A stretch of DNA of 64,000 nucleotides from Octopus bimaculoides. Lineage: Eukaryota. The notes under the pieces are model-generated. The model was given only the letters and a program-made list of their open reading frames with translations. It did not search any database and was not told the origin of the DNA. Positions 35,427 through 48,440 of this stretch are shown here, in pieces; within the stretch, counting starts at the first letter, position 1; every line of letters begins with the position of its first letter. Position numbers and translations under genes: made by a program. The DNA lies in contig NC_068992.1 of the NCBI RefSeq assembly GCF_001194135.2, positions 2,618,885-2,682,884 on the forward strand, written 5' to 3'.

Positions 35427-36975
35427 AATTAGTCAGCTAATGTGTGGCATGAACATTTGATCACAATAAAACAAATCCTTTCTGCAGGTTGTTTGGCAAA
35501 AGATGAACACTCACACATCTTCTTTGATGGGGAGAGTCCATCATCATCATCATCATCATCATTATTATTATTATTGTTATTATTTCTATTATTATTATTG
35601 ACTCACGTGTTGTGAAAGCAACTTTTTGATCTTCCCTTCAAAGCACATTCTATTTCAGGCACCACCAATTGAAATTTTTTTTGTTGCACTCAATACCCAG
35701 CATGAAAATGCACATCATGAAATTACGCATCAATTTGCAAGGGTCTCTTGTTAGCTAGTATTGTAAGGGTTAGGAATAGAGTATTATAGGGGTTCCCAGG
35801 TTACAGTCCACCTCAGTCACTGGGCTATGAACCATTAACTGTTCCATGAAAAAGCTCCCACCACCTTCTCTAGAAGTTCTTTCAACCCTTTACTCGTTAG
35901 ATAATGCAGATGAAGGTGGCGTATAGGATGACACTGTTATTCCTGCAAGAAAACACTTGATAGACGATAGGATTCAGCTCCGAGTGAAACAAGTTGTTGG
36001 TAGAAATGTTACGAAGGAAACAAGAGAAATAAAATATTGTAATAGCATTATGGTGGAGGAGCAGGGTGGTGAGGCAGGGGATGTAGTTGAGTTAATGGCA
36101 ATAATGTAGGGATTTTTTTTTTGTTTTTGTATGGGTGTAATAATGGTTATGAACATGGTAATGGTGGCAGCGGTGGTGGTGGTGGTGGTGGGTTAAAACT
36201 GAAGAACGTTAGGGTTGAAATGAAATTCTATCAAACGATGGGTCAAGGTCTGCAGATGCTTGAAGGGTATAAGAACACATCAAAAGAGCTGAGGAGAGAG
36301 GTGGGGTAGAGGAGAGAGAGAGAGAGAGAGAGTGTGTGAGAGAGAGGAGGGCGGGTGGAAAGGAATAGTTAGATGGGTAGAAGTGGGAGGAGTAAAGGTG
36401 AAGAGGTAGGTTGTGTAGAAACAAACAGAAACTTGGAATTTATAAAAAAAAAAAAAATATTTAAAGTTTCAAATTCCATGAAATTGTGGTTAGAAATGAA
36501 ACCCAATAATTCTTTGAGAGAGAACTAATCAGGTTATTATTGTCTGCAAGGTTGAAATGAAATTATAGTGGCACCAACAAAAAAAGAATTAAATAATTTG
36601 TATTCATTTATTTAGCTTAGTTTTATGAAATTGTATGAAAATGTATAAAATTGTTATACATTGATATGAAGTAAATCGTGAGAAATGATGAGGGGTTAAG
36701 CATTGAGACTGGCGTGTGCGTGTGTGTTTTTGTGAGTGTGTGTGTTTTTGTGAGTGTGTGTGTATTTTTGTGAGTGTGTGTGTGTTTTTGTGAGTGTGTG
36801 TGTGTGTGTTTTAGTGAGTGTGTGTGTGTTTTTTTGTGAGTTTCTGCGTGTGTGTGTTTGTGTGAGTCTGTGTTTGTGTGTGAGTGTGTTTGTGTGTGTG
36901 TTTTCGCATGTGTGTGTGAGTCTTTCTCTGTGTTTGTTTTTGGGTGTGTGTGTGTTTGTGAATCTGTGTATGGTA

Positions 36976-37008
<33 letters not shown>

Positions 37009-38033
37009 ATGCTGGTGAGGGATGGGGTGGAATGGGGGTTCAGTAGGGATCAGAGAGGTGGAAGGGCGTTATGAAATGGGGGAACCTGTAGGGGCCTAAA
37101 AGTAAATTAATTTTCTATGATTAATTCTTTAACCACTCGTTAGCCTTTTTTTGGAAAATGAGTAATAGCCAGAAAATAACTGGAACTTACCAAAATGTGT
37201 TTTGGGAGTGGGGTGGGGAATAGTGAACTGCAATCAGTATTAGGGAATCTACATGGTATCATATTTCAATCCCCTTATTCCAAGTACAAGTTTTGAATAT
37301 TTTACCATTCCATACTTGATAAAATCACTTCCATTATTTGGTTTTGGCTACAGTGCCATCATTCATCTTCAGATACGTTGATAATTTATGCATTATCATT
37401 TGAAATACATTTGTTTTGTTTTTGTTATTTTGTTTTAGATGTAATGCTTATTGATGTGACGGCTATTGCAAATTTAGTTATAGAAGAAATGGTTTCCCGG
37501 CTGGGTGCTCTTCCTGCTGATACCAATTTAAACAAGAAGCTAGATCAGAACCTTAGAAGCAGAATTGGACACCTCGTGCACTGATGCAAAATGAAGGCTA
37601 TGGTTAAAGACCAAAAAAAAATAGACAGATAAAGCTTCATTTGTAGGGAAGTTGAGAGGTTAGTGATAAAACTGAACTTAGCCTTTGAGTGAGAACGTCT
37701 GTAAGTGCTTTCTCTAGAAAGCACAAGTTCAATATCCAATATGTGATAGATTTTTCTTTTTCTTTTACCTGTTACATGAAACAAATATAGTCACATACCA
37801 AGTCAGGATTTCTCTGAATTACAATAAGAATATTCTTCAGAAATCTGTTGATACATAACTTCAATAGTGTTGAAATGAGAACAAAGATAGAAAAACTTGA
37901 TTCTTCACTGTATCCAGTATTATGAATCTAATCCAAGAAGTTCAAATTTTCATTTTTTCCAGCCAGTGTCTAATGAAATAAAACCCAAAACGTAAGATTC
38001 TTGTATAAAATGGAATAATAATAATAATGATAA

Positions 38034-38604
38034 GATGCAAATAATAATAATAATAATAAGATGCAAATATCATATTGAAGATAATAATAATAATAATAAG
38101 ATGCAAATATCATATTGAAAGATTTCAAACAAAAATCATGCCTCCTCATTGATATGACTGTCCCAATCGATATAAACGTATCTGTCAAGACCTACCAAAA
38201 ACTGAGCAAATATAAAGATCTTGAAATAGAAATTGGCAAAATGTGGAACCTGAAGACTAAAACAGTACCTGTTGTCATAGGTGCCCTAGGAATGATAGCA
38301 AAAGGGGCTGATTGCTACCTAGCTTAGATACTAGGAAACACCAAAATGGCTGAAGTTCAAAAGATAGTGCTCATGGGAACTGCCCATATCCTACATAAAA
38401 TACTATGTGACCTCAAATTTTAAAACAAACACATAATTTTCTTATGGTTTCTTAAACATTCTCTAGGACAACACTATGTACAAATCCAAATATATGGCAC
38501 CCTAGGCATAACACCAGCATGAACTTCTAACTTGTTGTCTCTTGAGGTCTCTGGGTGAGACTTGGATCCAACTTGTACAAATGCAAAGCAAAAGTCAAAC
38601 ATAA

Positions 38605-38655
<51 letters not shown>
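38034..38655 (+). mobile_element. 5'-truncated R4/Dong-type LINE (RLE domain end, 3' UTR, (TAA)n tail)
   Basis: DANIILKDFKQKSCLLIDMTVPIDINVSVKTYQKLSKYKDLEIEIGKMWNLKTKTVPVVIGALGMIAKGADCYLA*ILGNTKMAEVQKIVLMGTAHILHKIL, with (TAA)n on both sides. Confidence 0.9.
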
Positions 38656-38814
38656 CGTGAATTTTCTTTGGATAGACTTTTAATTTTTGGCAGCTGGTCC
38701 TTTACTGTTTTTAGTAAGTTGATGGGGAATTCTGGTGAATATTACAGCATTTCCTCAGTGTTCTAAGATTATCACCTGACATTTACAAGCAGTGCCATGC
38801 TTTTTGTTGTTTTT

Positions 38815-38864
<50 letters not shown>

Positions 38865-39200
38865 TGCGTGCGTGTGAGAGAGAGAGAGATAAGTAGATTG
38901 TTGTCACCATAGTAACTAATGAAAAATTTCACTATATAAGTCTCCTATTTAAAAAAAGGTATGTGCATGATTAACAAATAATATTTTTACCTGCAGCATA
39001 GTAACAAGTAAAAAAATAATATTCTCTAAAATGGATCGATTTCAAATATTTCTACTTTTTATGTATAACTTACATCCTTGATGAGCGGATCTATGTATGT
39101 ATTTAATTTCACAAACCCAACCAAGTTTCTTTTCCTTATTTGGCAAACCAACTGTGCAAAAATACTTTGTAAATCTCGCTTTAGGTTCATATTATAAGTA

Positions 39201-39521
39201 GGAGGTGCATGGCTCAGTGGTTAGAGCATCAGGTTCACAATCACGAGATAGTGAGTTCGATTTCTGGACCAGGCTGTGTGTTGTGTTCTTGAACAAGACA
39301 CTTTACTTCAAGTTGCTCCACTTCACTCTGTAGAAATGAATTGTGACATCACTGGTGCCGAGCTGTATCAGTCTTTGCCTTTTCCTTGGACAACATCAGT
39401 GGCAGGGAGAGAGGAGGCTGGCATGCCAGGGCAACCGCTGGTCTTCCATAAATAACCTTGGCCAGAGAGGAACTTTCTAGCTGAAATCCCATGGTCATTC
39501 ATGACCGAAGGGGGTCTTTAC
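39201..39521 (+). mobile_element. Family E SINE, full length
   Basis: TGGCTCAGTGGTTAGAGC A box, GAGTTCGATTTC B box, CTTGAACAAGACACTT core; the tail matches 10246-10350. Confidence 0.9.
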
Positions 39522-40655
39522 TTCTTTCTATAGCTCAAAATCCTCTAGAATTGATCCCTAATTTACCATCTTGCAATTTTGGGACACCATTTTTAATGTG
39601 ACATGTTGATATATAACTGATTGCTTCAGGCTACTTAGAATTAACATTTACTTGTTATTTTACCATTCCTCAGCCTGATATCAAGTGGAATGGAATAAAA
39701 GAAAGATATAAAATAAAAAACAAATGTTTGATGAAAGACATCAGTAACAAATATGAAAGACCAAGTAAAATCATGGAAAGCTTTCCTTTCTGCTAGCTTT
39801 CCAAAAAATCTGTCTACAGACAGCTGTGGAAAAAGACTGGTAAATATTTCACCATTATCAGATATGAAAATGGAATCGGCAGAAAATTTGTCGAAGGACT
39901 TGGAATCCTTATTTAGCTAATGGAAATGTTTGAGATTCTGTATTGGAATTTCCCTGACTAGGGACATTGAAGAGAAATGGAGAAAGAGAATGTAGAATCT
40001 CTTTCTGTGAGTGTGGAACCATCTAAGGCTAGACTCACTCACCGGTTTGTCCTTTACAGGATTTTTGTTGGTATTTCAATGATTTGAGGAATAATTCAAA
40101 ACAAGGTGCAAGTTTGCGTAAAAATTAAAATGATGCAGATGTCAAATAAAGAGCCATTAATAGGGTTTGTATTTGACCCAGTTGATAAAACGTGTTTGGA
40201 AAATTTACCTTTTTGCTTTGGTAAAAGTAATCGATATTTAGCAACATTTGAGTGAATCTAAAACAAGAGAATGAAAGGGTTAATGTTGAGCAATGTTTTG
40301 TAAGAACAAGTAGCAAAGTAATGACAAAGAAAGTGGAAAATTAATTAGACCAAAACTAAATTAAAGGACACAGTTGATTTGCTTTCAGCTATTTCACTGA
40401 AATTGAAACCATTTTTTTTTCCTCAAAGCATTGAAAAAATGAAAGCTTTGGAATATAATTTCTCCTTTTAATTTCACTTAGCAGGGGTTTCTCACTCTTT
40501 ATTTCTCATTCTCTCCCTCTCTCTCTCTCTCTCTTTCTCTCTTTGATCTTTCTTTATTTTCTGCCTGTTTTAGTTTTCTTTTCTATTTTGTGTTTATTTT
40601 TTCAAGCTTACTCTTGCCCTTAGCATTTTTACTTTAAATCTTTTGCCCTCACTCA

Positions 40656-40687
<32 letters not shown>

Positions 40688-41237
40688 ACACACAGCCCAC
40701 ACACAACACACACACACACAAATCATTCCAATCACATGATCACACCGCTTACATACACACATGTATAATTCACACATATACACGCACACGCAAATACCAC
40801 ATATATGAACATATGCAGCCTCACACACACTCACACCCCACACATATCACACCCATATACATCACAAACACACACACATACATGCAACCATATATACACA
40901 TACATACACAAACATTAGCAGTTTCTATATAAGGTTATTTCTGTAGGATATGTTAAGTTTGTTTGTTTGTTTTTTTTTCCTGATCAAAGCCATCTTTCTG
41001 TTGGAATCATTTCTCATTTATACTGTGACAACACAAACAGGTGAAACAAAATGTTGCAACACCCTACTGGGTTGTTGGATTTTTGAGTATACATCCGGAT
41101 CTTTATTGCTTTTTTTTAGTGATTACTCTTGTAATGCCATCCACATCTCATATGGATTCAGGCAAAGTTGTGTGGCCTTTGATGGAGCAAGTGTCTTTTA
41201 GCGTACCTTCTGGCTAATCAATAATTTGTAAATAGAT

Positions 41238-41810
41238 GCGGCAATAAGCTGGAAGAATTGTTGACACATTGGGAAAAATGCAGAGCAGTATTTCACCCAT
41301 CTTTATGTCTAAGTTCAAACTCTGCTCAGATCAACTTTGCCTTGTATCTTTTCAGGGTCGATAAAATAAGTACCAAGTTCTTTTCAAGCACTGGGCCTCA
41401 TGGAGGCAAAGTGGCTAAGTCCCTTTCGTGTGTTGAGCCTCATGGAGGCAATGACCAAGACCTTTGGCATTGTGTCATGCTTGAGAAGAAAACCCATGAA
41501 ACCGAGCAAAATCACAGTCACTGGTGTCACATAAATGGCCCCCGTGCTGGTGGCATGTAAAAGCATCCATTACACTCTGAGTGGTTGGCATTAGGAAGGG
41601 CATCCAGCCATAGAAAACCATGCCAAATCAGGCTGGGGCCTGGTGCAGCCTTCCAGCATGCCAGTCCAGTCAAACCATCCAACCCATGCCAGCAAGGACA
41701 ATGGATGTTAAAATGATGATAATGATGATGATCACTGGAATTGATGTAACTGACTCACCCCTTCCCTGAAATTGCTGGCCTTGTGCCAAAATTTGAAATC
41801 AATATTTTGT
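41238..41810 (+). mobile_element. Family A SINE interrupted by an RTE 3' fragment (41395-41732) with a CACTGG target duplication
   Basis: CACTGG at 41389-41394 and 41733-41738. The SINE body resumes exactly after the (GAT)n tail of the insert. Confidence 0.85.
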
Positions 41811-41816
41811 AATTAG

Positions 41817-42036
41817 AAGGTGGAAAGCTGGCAGAGTCGTTAGCATGCCAGGTGAAATACTTAGTGGTATTTCATCAGCCTTTGCGTTCTGAGTTCAAAT
41901 TCCACCAAGGTCGACTTTGCCTTTCATCCTTGCAGAGTGGATAAAATAAATACCAGTTGAATACTGGGGTTGATGTAATTGACTTAACACTTCCCACAAA
42001 ATTGCTGGCCTTGTGCCAAAATTTGGAACCAATATT
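41817..42036 (+). mobile_element. Family A SINE, full length
   Basis: AGCTGGCAGAGTCGTTAGC, GAGTTCAAATTCC, GTCGACTTTGCCTTTCATCC, GCTGGCCTTGTGCCAAAATTTG. Confidence 0.9.
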
Positions 42037-42737
42037 TTATAAATGAAATTTATCAGACAGAAATTATGCAGAAGTCTGTCATATTCTGTTAACATCTATG
42101 AGAAAAATGGTGATTATATGTAAGATTTTTTTTTTTAAAGTTTAGAATATGATTTCATAGCATTGTTGATGCCTGAATTTCAGTGATGTAGGTTTGTCAT
42201 TTAGTTGGAAATTAACCCTCTCTTTTTTAATGGAATTAATCCAAAAATAAATAAGGGAAATATATAAACATAATAAACAGCAGCCAGTAAAGTAATTAGT
42301 TTAGTTACTGATGAAAGAATATTAACGATGCTGTGTAGAGATTTATGATAGCTTCATAACATATATGTTGTTCTTCACAGACTGGGATCATAAACGGATA
42401 AATTATGATACTGCATGACTAGTTACAGTTTAAAATAATAAATACATTAAGATTTACTGTAATAATTCTCTTGCTGCAGGGTTTGTAGATAATTATTTAT
42501 GCTGAGTTGTTGCCTAATTCACACTTGGTTGTACATTAGATTTTGTGTGTGTTGGTTGTTCCATGTTAATGGAGCTGAGCACATCACTGGCTACATGAAA
42601 CCTGATGAAACCATCTGTTTGAAACTTGTTGACAGTTTTGGATTTTAACCTCCAAATCACTTTACAGAATCACTAAACAGATTTAAAATAAATATTTTAC
42701 TTTATTTACTGAACACATACACACACAGGTAGACACA

Positions 42738-42774
<37 letters not shown>

Positions 42775-42844
42775 AGACATAGATTTACACACACATTTGC
42801 AAACTTACATATGATTCAGCATATTCACGTCTCTGTTATTATGT

Positions 42845-43235
42845 TTCACTTGTTTCAATCATTTGATTGTGGCCATGCTGGAGCACCACCTTGAAGGGTT
42901 TTAGTTAAGCAAATCAACACCAGGACTTTTTTTCTTAAACCTAGTACTTATTTTATCAGTCTCATTTGTCGAACTGCTAGGCTACAGGGACATAAACACA
43001 CCAACACTGGCTGACAAGCGGTGGCGGGGGACAAATACAGACACAAAGACACACTCACCCATAGATACATACATGCACATATACAACGGGCTTCTTTCAG
43101 TTTCCATTTACTAAATCCACTCACAAGGCTTTGGTTGATATAAGGCTATAGTAGACACTTGGCCAAGGCACCACACAATGGAGCTGAACCTTCAGCCATG
43201 TGGTTGGGAAGCGAGCTTCCTACCACAGTCACACC
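42845..43235 (-). mobile_element. Family D SINE, full length
   Basis: Contains the reverse complement of the family D head, central domain and GGTGCTCCAGCATGGCC tail. Confidence 0.9.
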
Positions 43236-44337
43236 ATGTAAACATTTGTATATGTTCATAGACTAACTTGCTTCGTTACCATCACCTCTGCCACCACCAC
43301 CACCACCGCCACCGCCACCACCACCGCCACCACTGCCACCACCACCACCACCACCATCATCACCACAANNNNNNNNNNNNNNNNNNNNNNNNNNNNNNNN
43401 NNNNNNNNNNNNNNNNNNNNNNNNNNNNNNNNNNNNNNNNNNNNNNNNNNNNNNNNNNNNNNNNNNNNNNNNNNNNNNNNNNNNNNNNNNNNNNNNNNNN
43501 NNNNNNNNNNNNNNNNNNNNNNNNNNNNNNNNNNNNNNNNNNNNNNNNNNNNNNNNNNNNNNNNNNNNNNNNNNNNNNNNNNNNNNNNNNNNNNNNNNNN
43601 NNNNNNNNNNNNNNNNNNNNNNNNNNNNNNNNNNNNNNNNNNNNNNNNNNNNNNNNNNNNNNNNNNNNNNNNNNNNNNNNNNNNNNNNNNNNNNNNNNNN
43701 NNNNNNNNNNNNNNNNNNNNNNNNNNNNNNNNNNNNNNNNNNNNNNNNNNNNNNNNNNNNNNNNNNNNNNNNNNNNNNNNNNNNNNNNNNNNNNNNNNNN
43801 NNNNNNNNNNNNNNNNNNNNNNNNNNNNNNNNNNNNNNNNNNNNNNNNNNNNNNNNNNNNNNNNNNNNNNNNNNNNNNNNNNNNNNNNNNNNNNNNNNNN
43901 NNNNNNNNNNNNNNNNNNNNNNNNNNNNNNNNNNNNNNNNNNNNNNNNNNNNNNNNNNNNNNNNNNNNNNNNNNNNNNNNNNNNNNNNNNNNNNNNNNNN
44001 NNNNNNNNNNNNNNNNNNNNNNNNNNNNNNNNNNNNNNNGGTGGTGGCGGTGGCGGTGGTGGTGGTGGTGCTGGATATGATGGGTATTGATTCGACTGAC
44101 AAATTGAATTATGTTGAGTGTTTTAAAATCCTATTACCCTTAATGTGTTCCCATAAATAACGGCGTTGACAATTCCGGTTTGTTTACAGGCTTCCATAGA
44201 TTTCCGACAACCGTTTCTTAAACATCTAATTTGAGAGAGGTTTTTTTCCTTGGGAGCCATTGACCACATCTTCTCAACAACAAAAATAATACACAAATGT
44301 GTGTTTGTGTGTGTGTGTGTGTGCGTGTGTATGTAAT

Positions 44338-44728
44338 ATAAATTCCAAATTTTGGCACAAGGCCAGCAATTTCACTGGTGCTTATTTAATCGACCCTGAG
44401 AGGATGAAAGGCAAAGTTGATCCTAGTAGGATTTGAACTCAGTACCTATAGATAGATGAAATGCCGCTAAGCATTTCATCCAGAAATGTTAGCGATTCTG
44501 TGCATGTAATATCCTTCCTGCTATGGCAACAAGGCCTAAAATTTGAGGGAAGGGGGATAGTCAATTATGTCAACCGTAGCACTTAACTTAAGTGCTTATT
44601 TTATTGAGCCAGAGACAATGAAAGGCTAAGTTGATCTTGGCGGAATTTGAACTCAGAGCATAAAGACAGATGAAATGTCATTAAGCGTTTTTGCCCAGCA
44701 TGCTAACTAGTCTGCCAGCTCATTGCCT
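44338..44728 (-). mobile_element. Two tandem family A SINEs (44338-44505 and 44509-44728)
   Basis: Each has ATTTGAACTCAG (reverse-complemented B box) and GATGAAAGGC/AATGAAAGGC; the second ends CTGCCAGCTC. Confidence 0.85.
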
Positions 44729-45076
44729 TGTGTATGTGTGGGGGGGTGAATGTGAGGGTAGGTGGGTGTTGGTGTGTGGATGGGTGTGTGAGGGTGCACG
44801 TGTGTGTGGGTGGGTGTATGCATGTGTGTATGTGGCTGTGTGGGGGGTGCATGTGCATGTGTGTGTATGGGTGTGGGTGTGTGGGGGAGTATGAGTGTGG
44901 GTGTGTGCATGTGTGTGTNNNNNNNNNNGTGTCTGTGCATGGGTGTGTGTGTCTTATGTGCATACATGTGTATGCATGTGTGTATGTGGCTGTGTGGGGG
45001 GTGCATGTGCATGTGTGTGTATGGGTGTGGGTGTGTGGGGGAGTATGAGTGTGGGTGTGTGCATGTGTGTGTCTTA

Positions 45077-45123
<47 letters not shown>

Positions 45124-46297
45124 ATAATATCAACAATTCATGTGACTCCCAGCATTTGCAGTCCTATTCAACCCATTTCAGTGATGGAAAAATGATTAAA
45201 ATGAATGAGATAAAAAGAAAACAAAAAAAAGCTAAAACAAACAAAAAAAAATCTGGATATTCTTAAAAGAAAAGGAAACTGAATTGTTATGAACTTGTGA
45301 TGACTCTGGGGATGATTTTTAGATTAGGAATTTGAATCACCACCACCACCGCTGCCGCCAATACCACCACCACAGCCATAGTGTTGCTGTTAGTATTGAA
45401 GGAAATAACAAGGAATTTCCAATTATTATAATGATGATAGAAATGATGAACTTGAATTCACTTTGAAGTTGGTGGTGGTGGTGGTGGTGTTTGTCGTCAT
45501 CGTTGTCGAGGTGGTAGTGGTGGTGGTAGTTTTGATGGTGAGTGTGATGATGGCTGATTTCTTTTTTTAATAATGAAGAACTTCTTAAAAATAAGGATGA
45601 GTGTGAGCGAGAATGAACAAAGCAAGGTCATTTCAAATGTATGAAAGCAAAAAAGAGAATTTTTTAAATGGCACTCAAGAGTAGAGAGAGAGAGAAAGAG
45701 GGTAGCTGTTCAAATCACAATTGTGGTAGTTATCATTGTAACGCTCTTTGAAGTCTTCAAGCCATTTTGAAATCTTTCATGCTGATGAGGCAATCGTACA
45801 ACTAAATGTCACTCATAGAACACCTTCCATTGCTGCTGCTGTAATCAAAGTCCCTTAATAACAAGATAATAGTTGGAGGCAATCTTTAAGTTACCATGAT
45901 GAGGAAGATTTTAAAGTTTTTTCTTTTTTCCCCTTTGTGGTAAGTGGAACTTTAAAATGTCTGTTTGTGTTTACATAAGGGAGTTTTCACCAGTCGATCT
46001 GTTGTAATTATTAAAAGGTTATTAATTCATTCCGATAAACCCTCAAAGAAACATCTTGCGAAAGATGTCATCGAATGTTTTTGCTGTAGTTGTATAATGT
46101 ATTTATGGAAAACACAATTATTCACAGCGAAGCCATTTCGGCAAAACATGAAAAACGAATCAGATGAACAATTCATTTATTTGTTTCATTGAGAGGAAAT
46201 AGAACAATACTCATCTGCTTCTTCTACTGCTGTCCTCTATTTGTCCTCCACAGACATTTTACTTCACAACATTAGTCAAATAACCCATCGATATATA

Positions 46298-46514
46298 CAA
46301 TGAGGTGCTGAAAAGCTCCTAGCTTTAAGGGTATCGTGAAAGTACTGGCTGGAGGTACAACCTACTGAATTCTTTAACAGGGTTTAGAGAAACTGAAGGA
46401 CCACTGTAATAGGTGTGTGAATCCGAGAGGGGAATATGCTAAATATAATCATAATTGACTGATCCTCCAGTATTTTCTTCTCCCCAAAGCCAGGAACTTT
46501 TCAGCACCCCCTAG
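46298..46514 (+). mobile_element. Mariner-derived MITE (family G), TA target duplication
   Basis: TIRs GAGGTGCTGAAAAGCTCCTAGCTTT / AAAGCCAGGAACTTTTCAGCACCCCCT, flanked by TA. The interior encodes QGLEKLKDHCNRCVNPRGEY, like a mariner transposase C-terminus (G..KL..RW.KC....G.Y). Confidence 0.9.
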
Positions 46515-46767
46515 TATATATATATGATGGACTCTCCCATCAATGACAACATATGAGTGTCCAGCTTTTTGCCAAATGACCAGCACAAATGTTTTGTTTA
46601 TGGTGATCAAATGTCCATGCCTCACGTTAGCTCACTCCCTGCATCAAATCGATGTTGTGTGAACAGGTGCCCTGTGTGCCACACCTCAAGTGTTGAAGTG
46701 ATCACAGAGCAGCACGGGATGAAGTACACAATGATCTCAAGTAGGTAACTTTACCTTTTTGCTTTAC

Positions 46768-46987
46768 CTCTCCACAACCACTGATGTTCTCCAAGGGAAA
46801 GGCAAAGGGGCCGATACAGCTTGGCACGAGTGACGTCACAACTCATTTCTACAGCTGAGTTAACTGGAGCAATGTGAAATAAAGTGTCTTGCTCAAGAAC
46901 ACAGCACACAGCCCAGTCTGGGAATCGAACTCACTACCTCATGATTGTGAGCCTGACGCTCTTACCACTGAACCATGCTCCTTCACA
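46768..46987 (-). mobile_element. Family E SINE
   Basis: AAGTGTCTTGCTCAAGAACAC...GGAATCGAACTCAC...ACCACTGAACCATG. Confidence 0.9.
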
Positions 46988-47288
46988 CATACATACATCT
47001 ACATAAATGCATTGCATATGTACATAAGTGTGTGTAAATGAGAGAGGGGTGAGATGGCGAAGGAAAGAAAAGAAGGAGGAGAGGAGAAGAAGCATCGACA
47101 GTTAAAAGACATGCAAGAATCGGTAGAAGCATAAAAGAAGCAAGAGTGATGCATCTCTCATCCTAATGCTATTAACTTTGTGAAGAATACATCAGTCATG
47201 AATTGCTGATTGTATTAAGAGGATGTGTTTTCTGTTTGTTGTCATTTGTAAGTATTTAACAAGTGGGAGCAGATTAGAAAGGTGATAC

Positions 47289-47326
<38 letters not shown>

Positions 47327-47555
47327 AGAGAGAGAGAGAGAGAGTGACAGTGCACTGGAGGTGGGCGGAGATTTAGTGAGAAAGAGAGGGAGATCGTTAA
47401 GAAGGAAAAGACATAAATCAGAATATAAGTTTTCTGTTGATCAGTCTTCACCAAATTGCTATGCAATTCTTGGTAAGTGAATTGTACAACCAGTACATCA
47501 AACTGAAGAATTATTATGTTATTATCCAAACCTGGATACATGTACAGTGTATGTG

Positions 47556-47594
<39 letters not shown>

Positions 47595-47769
47595 ACATAT
47601 ATGTATGTTTATATGCATGTATGTATGTTTTATAGGAAGCTTCTGATGGTTAAGCTTGGCCTTTTTTTCTGCATCTGTCTGCACAAGCAGAGTTTGTTTT
47701 GTGCCAAAGACTGACAGTTATCTGTATTTGTAAATTTCCCTTTTCCACATCCCCAATGTTATTCAACAG

Positions 47770-48440
47770 ATCAAACGAGCTCTGTGAATTTTTCTGGACA
47801 CTCTGGCTTCGAGGGTAAAAAGTTAGAAGTTGTGGCTACATTTTTCTTCCTTGGTAACACACTATCTAGATTTAATATACTTGATGAGGAAGTCAGTTAT
47901 AGACCTTCTAAGTTCTGTGATGCATTTAGAAAGCTTGAATCAAAGCTCTGGTTACAATCAAACATCAAAGAATCAACAAAAGTTGAGATTTACGAAGCAT
48001 GTGTCCAAACAGTGCTATTGTATGGATGCAAGACCTGGACAACTTATTGCAGACATATCCAAAGTCTTGGGTGATTCCTCTAATGATGCATAATGTCCTG
48101 AAGGTTTTATGGCAACTCATGTACTTGATAAGAGAGTACTGCAACTGGCAAAAAAGACAGGTATCATGTCTGTGATTATGAAACACCAACTTAGATGGTT
48201 TGGTCATCTTGTCCTAATTTAGAAGACACTTGCATACCAAAACAGGTGTTGTATGGTGACCTGGAGCAAGGAAAACATCTCCAGTGTAAGTTGCGCAAGT
48301 GTCTCAAAGACAATTTTAAAGACCCAATTAGAAAGATCAATATTCATACTAATACTTGGTAAGATCTTGCATCAGATAGGGAGTGACCAGTGCAGTGCAA
48401 AGACAATCCAATTCAACCACAAGTGTGGTAATGGAGGTGC
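47770..48440 (+). mobile_element. Decayed RTE/BovB-like LINE, ORF2 C-terminal third
   Basis: KKLEVVATFFFLGNTLS...[40 protein letters not shown] and IPKQVLYGDLEQGK...TW*DLASDR. Confidence 0.9.

Noticed and set aside
37954-37996. TTTTTTCCAG|...AAAAC|GTAAGA mini-exon, and a similar one at 47445-47472
   Set aside because: Lengths of 29/25 and 28 nt are not frame-preserving, and there is no other support.
42593-42635. CTGATGA-AAC-CATCT-GTT-T-GAAAC-TT hammerhead-like motif
   Set aside because: Stems I and II are only 3 bp and the palindrome is broken; a match this weak is plausible by chance in 128 kb of strand sequence.
44815-45072. About 100-bp identical direct repeat flanking a 10-N gap
   Set aside because: Most likely a contig-overlap assembly artefact.
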